NCBI RefSeq assembly: GCF_000142905.1
Contig: NW_013657673.1
Location: 571,976 to 618,594 of the forward strand
Length of the DNA: 46,619 nt
Source: Thecamonas trahens ATCC 50062
Taxonomy: Eukaryota; Protista; Apusomonadida
Reading direction: 5' to 3'
The first letter of the stretch is position 1; each line of letters begins with the position of its first letter. Made by a program: the position numbers and the translations under genes. Of the stretch, positions 10,573 to 23,600 are shown in pieces. The notes below the pieces were generated by a model, which saw only the letters and a program-made list of their open reading frames with translations, ran no database searches and was not told where the DNA came from.

Positions 10573-13295
10573 ATGGCCGAGGCAGACGTTCCCCACCCGA
10601 CAGTAGAGGCGTTGTATGCGGCACTGATTGAGGACGACGTGCTGCAACTAGCGCGGGTGCTCCTGACCGAGCGGCCGAGCCCGGCGGTGCTGGGCCTCCC
10701 TCTCCCGCGTGCCTTCAGCTACTCGCTCGGCGAGCTGACGGGCGGTACGCTGCTGCACCTCGCGGTGGTAGTCCGCTCGCTACCGGCGACGCTGCTGCTA
10801 CTGGTCGCTGGAGCGCCGCTGGAGCCAGGAGTCGTCGGCGTGTGGACCAAGGGCACGGCAACGCTGACCGGCACCCCTGCCCAGCTGGCGACCTCGCTCG
10901 GCGCCCGCGGCTTGCCTGCTCGCCAGCTCGCGGCGTATTTGGCGGCGCCGTGGCTCAAGGCCGCGGCGCTGGCGGCAGTGGTTGACTCGGAGGCACATCG
11001 CCCCAGTGCGGCCGAGGCGGTGGAGAGCGGACACAGGGAGGGAGGCGATGACGGCGACAGCCTCTCGCGCGAGGCACATGCTGCAGCGCAGGCGCGCTGG
11101 ATCAAGGCGAGGCTGGCGCTGGAGGAGCAGGTCGAGGAGCTGGAGGAGGAGCGCAATGTGCTTGCGCGCCGAGTCGACGAGCTAGAAGCGCTGACTGAGG
11201 ACAACTACCGGGCATCGGCCGATGCCGCCGCCGAGGCCCGCATCCAGGTCCTGCAGCAAAAGTTCCGCGCCTACCGCGACCGCATGGCCGAGGCACACGA
11301 GGACGACGTGCGGACGATCAACAGCAAGTGGAAGCAGCGGCTGGGTCAGCTGCAGGGCAAATGGGAGGCCGAGTCCCGCGCTGCAGCGCTCGAGCGCGAG
11401 CGTGCCTTTGAAGACCATCTTGCTGCTGTCGTCGAGCGGCTGCGCAAGGAGCACGGGACCCAGATCTCGCTTACACGCAAGGAGTTTGAGTTTTCAAAGA
11501 GCAGAACACTGCTCTCGAGAGCTCCAAGGCCGAGTGGGAGGGCGAGAAGGCGGCCGAGACTGCTAAGCTCCGCGAAGCCTACGAGGCTCGGCTTGCCGAC
11601 GCCACCGCCCAGCTCCGGCTTGAGCATGCCGCCGACGCCGGCGCCCGCGATGCGCGCATTGTCGAGCTCGAGCAGTCACTTGCTGCTACCCGCGCACAGC
11701 TGTCGAGTGCCCGCAGTGATGCTGTCCGCGCCCAGGCCAAGGCCGACGCCCTTACCGCGAGCCTGGGGACGGCCCCGACCGCCGTCGCTGGCACCGAGGC
11801 CGCCACCGCTGGCGCCGCTGACGCGCAGCACACCACACATTCCGTCACATTTGCGCCCTCTACACCTGCGCATCGCGGGCCAGCCAAGTCGTCGCTCACC
11901 GCCGCTCTCTCGCCGGAGCCCACCGCCAAGCCCGCAGCCGAGCCCGCGGTCGAGCCCACCCCACAACCTGCGATGGAACCCACGCCGGAAGCCACTCCGG
12001 ACGTTCCTGCCGTGCCCGCGCCTGCCGCTGCGCCGCAACCACTCCCTCACGCCACTGCCATGGTCCCGGGCTTCCCGCCTCACGTCATGGGCGTCCTCCT
12101 CCGTATGCTGCCGATGCAGCCGCCGTCCTCGCCGCTGGTCACCCGCATCCGCGACTCGCTCGAGACGCTCCTTGCATTTGGCCCGGTCTCGATGGACATT
12201 TCCGATAAGCGGCTGTCTGCGTACGCTGTGCTGAAGCGACTGGAAGTCTTGATGCCGCTGCTCTCGTCGAGCCTTGTTGTCCCGCTCCGCAACTCGACGC
12301 TACAGCGCATGCATCGCATGCTTCGCGAGGCCGACGCGCTGGTTGCGCGTGTACAGCAAAAGTACCGCTTCTCGTCCAAGGTTAAGGACGCCCACTACGA
12401 GGTTGTCCACGGCCTCATCGACGACACCATGGTCTCGGTCCTCGACGACCTCACGTCGATTGTGTGCGAGCCAGAGGCTAGCCCGGCCATGCCGGGCGCG
12501 CGGGTCGCGGCGCGGATGCTGACGGCGCAAGTTGAGGCTGCCTGCGGCCCAGTGCCACCCGGCGCGCTTGCCATCCCTGGTGCCAGCAGCGCGCGCCCGA
12601 CCGGCGGCTCGACGTCAGGTGCGGCCTCGATCGCCGGCTCGTATCGCTCGACTGGCATCGGCTACGAGCCGGACATGCTCAGCTCGTTCAACGTCTCAGA
12701 GCCGTCAGCGGCGTCGGTGCCGGACACTGTGGCCGGCTCGGCACCCGCACACTCGGCGCTGCACGCTGGCCTCGGCCGCCCCGAGCTCTCGTCGACCACC
12801 TCGCGGCTGCCCACCAACACCGCCGCGACCCGTGCCGACTCGTACCTCTTCCGCACCACATCGGCGGTCGAGAAGCGGGAGTCACGTGGCTTCTTTGGCA
12901 GAGACGGCGACGGCGACGAGAGCAAAGGTGATCTCGATGACGACGACGACGAGGTCTTCCGCATCGCCGCTATCCTCCAGCAGCGCCGTGATTCGAGCCG
13001 CGACGAGCCGCCGCCGCCGCGTGTCCCCAAGCCGGACACACCCAAACCCATCGCCAAGCGCGCTGTGTCGAAGAAAAAGCGCCGCAAGAAGAGTGCCCGC
13101 GCATCAACATCCCGCTCTCGCGGCACGGCGCGTGCTCCGGCGGATCCCTTTGCCACCGTCAACGATCCGCTCGGTGCTCTCGCTGGTGACGACAACACCG
13201 ACGTAGCCACCGACGCCGACGCCGACGCCGACGATCCTCGCGAGCGTGCCGTCTCGGCCAACATGACTACCTCTAACTCGATGTTCTCATTGTAG
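10573..13295 (+). CDS. Hypothetical protein, ~907 aa: ankyrin-like N-terminus, long coiled coil, Pro/Ala-rich linker, helical domain, disordered tail
   Basis: GGTLLHLAV and GTPAQLA ankyrin-like motifs; E/K/R/A-rich heptads. Adding one T to TTTT at 11491-11494 continues the coiled coil (EFFKEQNTALESSKAEWE...) with no stop into ORF 11973..13295. Confidence 0.7.
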
Positions 13296-13571
13296 GCCAT
13301 TTTGAACCGTTGAACGCACCCATCTGATCAACGTGCTTGCGCACCCGCCAGCCGTCGCGCTCGCGCCAAACGGCCAACCCGCTGACGCCGCCCCATTTGT
13401 CAACTCCCTCAACCCGTCCCCTCTCATCGCCGTTAACTCCCTACACTGCTCTCACAAGAGGTCAACCCACGCCACATTGCACCGCAGCCGAACACAGGTA
13501 CCTCCATCCACACACACACGCGCGCTCCCTCTCTGTCTTTGCCTTAACCTGTCCAACGCTCCAACGGGCAC

Positions 13572-14604
13572 ATGCTCTCGCACCACGCGTCGGTGGCGGC
13601 ACTGTCCAACCCGACAGCGGCATCTGCGGCGCTAAAGCACATGTTCGCTTGCTGCGAGTGCACAAAGTGCCAGGCGGCAGATATCATCAGTGCTGGCGGC
13701 TGTTACTGCTGCTCGTGTCGCTTTGTTCATAACATTGCCGTCCCGGACGTCCTCCCGCTGCTCCGTCCTCTGGCCATGACCTACCCGTTGGAGGACTCGG
13801 CTGTCTTTGATCACCTCCCCCACCCTGGCTCGGCCTACGTTCATCATGTGCTCAAGGCGCCCAAGTCAGTCCTCGATCCTGGTCTTGTGGTCTGGGGTTT
13901 TGAACTCTGTGAGACGCCCGATCGGGTCCTCGACCTCACTCCGCTCATCTTTGGCATCATCTCGTCGCCTATCCCGAGCGAGGCCGCCACCCTATTGGCG
14001 GTCTCGCTCTCCGACAGCGGCGTGACGCTGGCTCCGGTCGCTGGCAGACCCGAGAGCGTGGTCATTCCATGGCCGATGGAAGCCAGCGAACTCTATGGCG
14101 CGCAGTACAGTCTCGAGCTGGAGCTGGTGCCTGTCCTCTCGCCAGGTCCTGCGCTCCAGCTGCGGTCGATGCGGCTGTGCCGGTCAGGTCCAGGCTCTAC
14201 GGCGTCGCTCGACAAAATCCCGGACACTACACTTGACATGCCAAGCCCGCGGCCGACCTGGCCCGTTCCGCAAACCTTCTCGCGCGGCATGTACATGACG
14301 ATGACGGTCAATGAGTCGCTGCTCGGGTGGGCGGTGACCGGGCCGGCACTCTCGCTGGCGTACCACATGACCAACTTGACTGGACCAGTCTCGAGTGCGG
14401 CCGATGCTGACCTCTGTGTATGCCGGTGCCACAAACCGGACGATGTGCTCGCGCACCACTTCTACTGTTGCACATGCCGCGAGGAGCAGGGCGCGGCGCT
14501 TTCCGACTTGCCGAGCCTGATCACACTCAAGGCGGTTCACTCGCTGGCGCAAGTTGTGCTCGGCGGCCAGGCTACACCGCTACTGGAGGGCATGTCTCCG
14601 CGGT

Positions 14605-14637
<33 letters not shown>

Positions 14638-17600
14638 TGTCACCGGCAGCGGCTTTGTTCTCCAAGTCGGGCTCGGGCCTGCTTGACGTTGCCGAGCCCG
14701 GAGAGCAGAGCTTGAACGGCATTGCGCTGCTTCCGCGACGACCGACCGCATCAGCGACTGGCTACGTTGCGCACTCGCTCCCGTCGCTTCTTGCCAACGG
14801 ATTCTACCTCCGCGGCGCCGGCGAGATTGAGATGTCACACTCGCAGACCTCTGCGCCACTGGTTCTTGCGCTCTTTCCACCAGCTACACATGCCATTCGC
14901 GACCCGCGGTGGGCGGCCAACGCGGCCAAGGCCGATCCTCGGTCGCGCGGCGCACCGCTCTCGGTCACCGTCGTTCTGAAGCAGGTTGAGTCGCGGAAGA
15001 GCGACGTCACCTTTACGCTAACCGTCGTCTCCACGCTTGGGCCGCTCGAGGTTGACGGTGAAGCCAGTGACGACGTGACAGTTACTGGCACGCTGCCAGC
15101 CGCCGACGCCAAAGCGTTGCGGCTTGGCATCCTTCCAGTCACCATCGACCTTGTCTATGCACCGGGCGATGGCCACGCGCTGAACGTCGGCCTCAACGGC
15201 GAGGACGTGCTCGCGGTTGTCCTTCCGGTCGCCCGGCTCGTTCCGATCGCTGTTCCGGCACTACTCACCGCCAACGCCACCAACACGCTCGCACGCTCGG
15301 TCAACGTCGCAGAGCTGACGGTCGAGCCCGAGACCGACCCGGCGTCGTTAAGCGAGGCGCAATGCATGTGCTCATGCCATGCACCAGAGCTCCCAGCTCC
15401 GCCGACAAGAGCACGATACCCACGGACGGTGGCATCAGTCTCATGCGAGTGTGGCTGCCACCAGTGCGTCGTTAGGCCAGAGTCGAATCCGAGCTACATC
15501 GGGCTCTTTTCCCAGGCCTACACGGTTCACCACCAGGGCGTGGATGAGTCTGGAATCCGGACTCTTGAGAAAATGCTGGAGGTCGAGGCCTCTGCTGCAA
15601 CCGCAGCAACGATGGCAGCCATCGAGGCTGGCACGCTGGCAATTGCATCGCACTGCTGCGGATGCTCACCGCCGTGCTGCGGCTGCTCGGTCCTCACACC
15701 GGAGCACATGCCGCTGCTCCTCACCTCGTTTAAGGCGCGCAAAGTTGCGTCGCAGCTTGCACTTGTTGGTGCGGCCTCCCTCACAGCCAATGTGATCAGA
15801 CTCACGTCCGATGAGATCGATGCTGCTGGCGCCGTGTGGCTCCGCCAGCCGCGGATTGTTGGCCGAGGCTTCTTGCTCGAGTTCGAAGTGCGTCTGGCAC
15901 CGTCGCTACCGGCCACGCCCGGCTCGGGCGTGACTGCGTTCATCCAGGCCGACGCGGCCGGTTCCTCGTTTGCGCCGGCTCCAGGCAGCGGTCCGGCTCG
16001 CGGCCTCGGCCTCAGACTCGAGACGTCGCCGGCGACGGCTTCGCGCGGCGCCGAGCTAGTGGTCGAGATGTATGAGCCTCAATGTGGTGGAGTGCCGATC
16101 GAGGTTGCGCGCGCGAGCGTCGACGATCACAGCGTGCTGGGCAGTGTGCTCGATGGCGACTTTCACGCCGTTCACGTCGAGTACATCGGCACCAACGCGC
16201 TTCTGGTGGTTGAGCTCGACTACGACGAGGTGGCACGTGTGACGCTCCCACGGGCACTGCTTGGCGCTGAGCTGAGCAACGAGACCGAAAAGGTGAGCTA
16301 CCCGGCGTTTGTTCTTGGCTTTGCTGCGAGTAATCCCGAGACGAGCGCGTCGACCCACGACGTCGGGCGATGGACTTTTACCGTTCCGTCGAGCGTGCTC
16401 GGCGGAAGCGACGGGTGTGTGTGCGACTGCCATCCGCTGTTTGAGCTGACATCCACACTCCCGCCGCGAGCCTTTGCGCCCCACCTTGTCGACGCCATGA
16501 TCGAGCACTGTGGTGGTACACAATGCGGCAATTGCGAGTGCCTCTGTCACGGCGAGCGTGGCGAAGAGGCGAGGCGAAGTGGGCTTGCGCTTGCGGCGGC
16601 GGTCTCGCTCTCGGAACTTGCCGCCGGCGGGGCATCGAGCCCGTATCTGGCGACCAAGCCCGAGAACGTGTGTGGCGAGTGCGCTTGCAAGGGCGTGACC
16701 CGACCGACAGCACTCCCGACGTCGTACTCTGCCGAGGCATCGCTGGGATGCTGCTCGTGCCGGGCGCATCTTGGGCGGGTCTCCGAGTCTGAGGTTGCGC
16801 GGCTGCTCTCGTCGGTGGAGCTGCCGTTCTTTGATGAGACGTACTCACTCCTCTCGCTCTGTGGCGTGGCTGCTGTTGACGAATCGTCGGTGCTCCTGCT
16901 GACACCTGCCACACCGCCGGCGACCCGGACGTCATCGGTGGGCGCGTGCTGGGTCCGGGAACCGCGGCTCCTCACCGATGGCTTTGAGCTTCACTTTGAG
17001 TTTAGCATCCGCACGATGATGGGCTCGATTCCCGGTGACGGCTTCGCACTTGTGCTACAGAGCGATCCCGCTGGCCCGCTCGCCGAAGGCCGGGCTGGTG
17101 ACGGCAACGGGTATGCGGGCATCCGCAACGCGATTGCGCTTGAGTTTGACGTCTACCACCACCACCACGTCGACACTGGCGTGCCGCGGCACACACCGCA
17201 CATCTCGCTCCAAGTGCGGCAGTCGCCAGACACGCCGCTGTCATCGCATCATGACTCGTCGCTGGCACTCTTTCCCGACGCACCGTCGCTGCTCACGCCT
17301 CATAAGCAAAGTGTGGGCATGGTTGTCGGGCCTGACGGGCACGTCGTCATCTCGCTCAATGAGCGCGTTATTCTCACTGCTGACCTGCCGCGCGAGGCGC
17401 TGCCGGACGTCGGCTTTGTTGGCTTTGTCGGCTCGCACTCGTCGCTCACGCACTCGACGTTTGCGATTCACTCGCTTTCGTTTGAGCCGATGCATGGCGA
17501 CTCTGACGCATGTGCGTGTGCGTGCCATCGGCTTGGAACTACAGCGGCGTGTGCTTGCAATTGCCACGCCAGTTGCTGTCCCAGCTGCCTCGTTGTGCCG

Positions 17601-20600
17601 CAGCTGCAGGTACCGGGCTTTTCGTCGCCACTGCTGGCGATCAAAGGCAGCCGGATTGTGTTCAAGCGGTCTTTGCAGTGGGAGGCGTGCGGGGCACGAC
17701 TCGAGGATACCGACAGGCTCAACAAGCTCGTGCTGGATGGACTGGCCTCGCTGCTTGCACGCTCGCCACACACTCGATGGTGCGTGAGCGTGTGGCGGAG
17801 CGACCCACACTGGTATGACGCTACGGCAGACCATCGGGCACACGACAATGTGCGCGATGCCGAGGGCGAGCCTGTGGCTGGCGCGTCAAACATGGATTTG
17901 TGCGCGATGCGAGCAGCAACGGTAGTAGCGTCGCTTGTCGAGCGCGGCGTCGCCGCGGATCGCCTGGAGGGGCGCGGGGCCGGGTCTGATGCGCGGGGCG
18001 GAAGGACGGAGCTCGCCATTCTACAGCCGGCGAAGACGCTGGTGGCTGACAGCGACGCTGAGCGGCTGGCCGACCGGCGGGCGGCGAAGCGAGAGCGTGA
18101 AACCGCAGCGCGACTCCGGGAGGGACTGCCGCGGCATGTATGCGAGTGTGGGTGCCACAACGAGTGGGAGCCCCCGACGCTTGCACCGCCGCCAGCGCGG
18201 GCGCATGCGTGCTGTCAATGCGCGCTGCGTCGCGAGTACAGCTCGCTGGACGACATGCCAGGAGTGCTGTACCGGAGCGGGCCGGGGCTTGTCGAGTTTG
18301 AAGCTCACATTGAGTTTGTGGCGTGCTCGGCAATGCTTGCGCCGGCATCGCTGGTCAACGAGCGGCTGCTCAACGCGGCGTATCACTTGCTGGTGCGGTA
18401 CTTTTTGTAGAGCTGAGCGTTGTGGGACGGGTGAGCGGTCTGCTGGCCGACGGCGTGTATCCGTGGTACGATGCGTCGGGAGGTCTGTGGTACGGGCGGC
18501 CGGAGGAGCTGGCTCTCGCGCGAGCAGCGGCGGTCAAGGCAGTTCTTGTCGACAACGGAGTAGACCCAGTCCGGATCCACACGTCGAGCGGGGCGCCCGA
18601 TGGGCGGCGCGGGTCCGGGCGAGTGGAGCTGGCGCCAGTGGTGGTACCGCCGTCGGCGGCCGATCGCGCGTGTGGGTGCGAGTGCCACGCCGCACCTCAG
18701 CCTGCGGTTTGGGAAGCAGCTTCCGGCGCCGGGTGCTGCGGGTGTGTGGGTGCGCTGTTTTGTGTGCCCGAGGCGGCATCTACGCCGCAGCTGCGGATCC
18801 GCGGCGGTGTGGGCACGCTCACACTCCCCTTGATTTTCATGCTTGGCGAGAGTGCACTCCGAATGCCGTCACCGTCGAACGCGGTTGGTATCCGGGCAGT
18901 CTACGACGTGCTCGCGCTCTATCCGCGGGCGCGGGTACACATTCTTGTCTCTGCGGTGCCGGAACAGTCGGGCGTTGCGGTCTCGCGTCGACATCACAAA
19001 CTGGCGAGTGCGCGGGCGAGGCGGGTATGCAAGATGCTGGTGTCGATGGGCATCGACAATGATCGGGTCCGGGGCGGATGCCAGCAGACTGTGGCGCTCC
19101 GAGCACCTCCTTCGACGTCGCCGCTCCCAAACGTGGTGTTTGACTTTGGCTACGACGCGGCAGCGCCAACGAGAGCTGACCAGATTGTGGAACCGAGCGT
19201 TGCTGACGACTGCGTGTGTGGATGCCATGTACAGGTGGAGGCGGAGGCTGTGCTGCCGCGGGGACCTGTGGCGTGGCCCGAGTATCCACTGGCAGACGAA
19301 ACGGTTGTACGATACGGGTATGCGGCGGATGTGTGCGGTTGCGAGGCATGTTCTGGGCCCGGCGCCGGAGCTGTGGAGCAGAGTTGGGTGCTTGGCAGCG
19401 TGGCGACGGTACGGGCGCGACGGCTACCTGGCCACAAGCAGAGTCGCGCGCCTGATGTGTGCCGCGAGCGAGTGTACGACTTGGCGACGCATACGCAGTC
19501 GGGAGTTCTCGGCTTTGGTTCACGGCACGGGTACACGGGCGAGGACAACAGATACAAACCGCCGCTCTCGACGGCGGACGAGTACTTTGGACTTCTTGAG
19601 CCTGGCCAGCGCCGGTCGTGCGCGGCGCTGATGGCGCCTCCGGCGGTTGAGCACGGCCGGAGGCATGTAGACGACGACGACGAAGTGGCGCTGGTGACGC
19701 GCGCGCTGTCACGGTCATTGACACGTCGAAGCGGAGCAAGTGTGCTGGCAAGCTTGGGCGGTGCGAGCTCGAGCCCGAGTCGGGGCCTGCTCTCGTCGCT
19801 CATTCGGCCGCACCACGACTGCAAGGCGCCGCGATCGCTCTCGCGAGTGCTGCGGCGGATGCCGCCCGGACCGGCACTGGCGCATGCCGTGGCTGAGGGG
19901 CGGGAGCGGGCTTCCCCCAAGCGGCGACGGCGGGGCCGGAGCTGGAGCGAGTCGTCGAGTGAGTCTGGCGACGGGCAGTTCAACGATGCGCTTGTAGAGA
20001 CGACGGACGAGCTTGACGACGTGGACGTGAGCAAGGAGGCACTGAGCGTGGCGCTTGTTGCCGAAGCTCAGCGAGCGCCGTGCTTTGCTGCGAGTGTCGG
20101 CGTGCACAGGGCTTGCCGCTCCCGCTGGTGCAGGTCACGAATGGGCAGCGACTCGACGCGGCGTTTTCGCACACGTCGATGGTGTTTGAGACGGCGGGCA
20201 TGTACACATCGGGACCTGCTATTGTGGAGAACGGCGAGCTGCAGCTAACACCTGCGCCGCCGCAGGGTGTGGCGTCGACGCTGCACAAACAGGGATCGAC
20301 CGGTGGTGGGTTTCTGCTCACGCGGCGGCTGCTGGCGGACGGATTTGTGGTTGTGTTTGAGTACAAGGCCGAGCGCGACGACGGCGGACTCGGACTTGGC
20401 TTTGCGCTTGTGGCGCACAACGACCCAGCGCGGTTCCAGGCGCTCGGCTTTTCGGGCGCCGGGCTTGGCTGTGTTGGGCTGGAGGACGCGTTCTCGCTCC
20501 GATTTGTCTCGTGTCAGCAGCCTGATGGGCCGATTTACACAAGGCTGGGCGTCCACTCTGCGCATGACGGCGGCAAAGTGGCAGCCGTCGAGAACGTGGG

Positions 20601-23600
20601 CGACCTGTGCGACGGAGGCGTCCACGAGGTGCTTGTGCGGTACGAGCCGGCGAGCTCTGTGGAGGCGCCGCTGCTGCATGTCGAGATCGATGGCGTGCCG
20701 CTTATGGCGGCGCGGCTTGTGAGCGGCGACGTGCCTGCAGCCGGCTACCTCGGCTTTACTGGCACGTCTGGCCCTGGGGCGTCATGGCTTCGGCACAGGA
20801 TCTCGCGGTTTGAGTATGGTGCGCTTGCAGGAGTACCGAGCGAAGTGTGCCGGTGCGGGTGCCATCAGCGAGAGCGGGACGGGTTGTGCGGTCCGGCGAC
20901 GGTGGTGTGGCCGGAGCTCGAGTCGTTGTGGCGGTCACCTCTGGCGGTGAGCTCGCCGATCATAGTTCATGTCTCGCTCCACGTGGAGCCGACGAGCGTG
21001 AGCGCTGGGAGCGTCCCAATTGTGGTTGCGCTGTCTGACGGGGCCACGTTTGTGGGCTTTGAGCAAGTGCTCGCGGGGCTGGAGAGTGGCGACGAGTGGA
21101 TGCGAAACGACGAAGTGCTCGGGCAAATGGGCTGGGCGCGGGCCGGCGACATACTTTCGGCCGGGAGTGGGCAGTGGCTGCCTGTGGTAGCGCCGACGCT
21201 GCGAGAGCGGGTGTCACGCAGCGGAACGTGGAACGTGGGCGTGACGTTTGTGGGCGCGGGCTGTGATGGGGCGTGGTGGGCGGCGCGGAGCGGCGAGGGT
21301 CTTGCAGCCTCGCCGGAGCTCGCTGTCTCGACGCTGCCTGTGGAGGCTGTGCTGGCGCGGCTGAAGAGCCCGGCGGCGGCGCCTGTGGTGATGGGGCACG
21401 GGCTTGGCGGGCGGGTGACGGTAGAGTGGCTCGCGGGACGGAGCGACTGTGTGGCGAGCATGGACCTTGCTTCGCTTGGCGTGGAGGTTTACTCGCCACT
21501 TGCGCACGGTGAGTTTGTGATCAAGGGCGCAGTGGTGGCGGTGGGCGGCGGCGGGCGCGTGCCTGTGGTGAATCGGCTGAGCGCAAGCGAACTTGCGCAA
21601 CGAGCACGGTTCAACCGTGCGGTTGAACTGACGTCTGCAGGCGTTTGCGTGTCCAAGGGGCGCGCGCGCGAGCGAGTGCTCACGCTGGGGGTGTGTGACG
21701 GAGGCTTGCGCAGTCAAGCGATGGTGGTTCATGGGGCGTTGCCGCGAGCGCGGCCGCAGCTCTGGCTGCAGATGAGGGTGGAGTCCGAGGGCGCATGCAT
21801 GTTTGGCGTGTCGGACACGCAGCGGCTGATTGGGGTGTGCGTGGAGAATGATGGAAGTCCGAGGGTGGTGGCCGGGCGTGACGACGGCGACCCAGTTGAG
21901 CTCAGTCTCGACGGCCTCCACGAGGTGGACATGAAGTGGTCGAGTGATGCAAAGAGCAAGAGGCGGCCGCTGGTTATTCACCTCAGCTTTGGAGTGTCTG
22001 TTGTCCGAGTCCGAGTTTTGGCAGCCGAGAGTCTCGCCGAGCTGGGCGTTGGCGAGGTGTTTGACGCTGATGTTGTCGACGTGTTTACGCGACCGCTGTT
22101 TGCGGTTGTGGCGAGCACCGGGCTCGACGGTGGAACACGGGTGTCGTCGGTGGCAGTTGGCGCTGGGCAAGGGACGCTCGACGCTGTGAGCGCAGAGACG
22201 CTTGTGGATATTGGAATATGGGCGCGAGAGGTGGCAGTGGACTCAGGAGCTGCAGTTGGAAGCGAAGCCGGGATCGGTGGGCGGGTGTTGAGCGTCTCGC
22301 TGGCTGCACTGAGTCGCGGGGTGTGGGGCCTGGTGGCGCCGACAGCGGAGGCTGAGCGAGTCTGTCGGGAGTACGAGCAGCGAGTCCGTGGCTCTGTTGT
22401 GGAAGTACCGGAGCAGCCGCTGGGCGTGCTTGTTGCCGGGCATGCGGTGGGCGAGCTGGACGCGCGGTTTCGGTGGGTCATTGCGATTCGTGTCCATGTG
22501 GAGTCGCTGCACAAGGCGCGCGGTGAGTTGAAGCGCGAGTCGCTGTTTGTGGGCGTCGGCGACAAGCGGCGGTACGTCGGTTATCTGCGACAGGGCGCGC
22601 CGCGTGTGGGTGAGGCCGGTGGGGCTGTGGTCTCGGGCAAGGCGGTGTTTACGGCCAAGGAAGAGTCTATGGCCTGGGATGGGCCTGCGCTGGACAGCGA
22701 AGCTGCGGTGAGCGGGTGGCACGCCTCGCGCCTCGGCGAACTGTTCACTGTGGTGGTGGGCGTGCCGCGGAACGGGAGGCAGAGCGGCCGCTCGCCGTGG
22801 GTTGGCGTCTACTCGGCATCGGAAGAGCTGTGGCTGGTGCAGGACGAGGTGAGCGGAGTGCTCAGTGACGACGCTTGTGAGCTGGGGCTCATGTTCTGGA
22901 GCCGCGAGGCATCTGCCGAGTATCGGGTGCGCGACGTGTACGTGCAGCTGGTTGACATGGATGCTGGCGGGAGCGTGTACACGCAGGACATGCCGCCGCG
23001 GTGGCTGATGCACCACGGGCGGTTTCCCGGCCGCCGCGTGTGGAGAGCGGGAGCTTGGTGATCGGGCGCGGGTATGCGTACCAGAAGCTGATCGAGGTGG
23101 GGCTGGGCAAGCTTGCGGGGCGGCGGACACGGCCGCCGCTGGCCAAGCTGCTTGTGACGGCGCAAGTGCGGATGACTAACGCAGGACCTGTGCTGGAGCC
23201 ACCGATCTTGTTCGAGCGGTTGTCGGCGTTTGTTAAGCGGGAACAGGCTGGTGCGCTGCGGGATGTGGTGCGGCTGATGGAGCGGTTCCCGTTCCTCTCG
23301 ATCAATGTTACCGGGCACGTGGCGCGGGCGTTTGCGGTTGGGAGCCAACGGAGCGCGCCGGGGCTGGGATCTGACGCGCTGGCGCGCGGACGGGCTGAGG
23401 CTGTGGCGCGGGTGCTTGAGGAGCTGGGACTAGCGCGCAAGCGGGTGCGGGTGGTGTGCGGCGGCGAAGGGCCTGCGACCGGGCCAGCGGACGTGGTGGC
23501 GCTTAGCTGGGACGTGGAGCGCGTGGCTGTGGGCGTGTGGCAGGCCGAGGTTGCCCCGCTTCTTATTCCGACGTTTGACGGCGTAGGCGGCGAGTCTGCG

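Noticed and set aside
18402-18410. Stop-codon readthrough or an alternative genetic code at TAG
   Set aside because: The continuation is in another frame, so a one-base indel explains it; TAA, TAG and TGA all serve as normal stops in this window.
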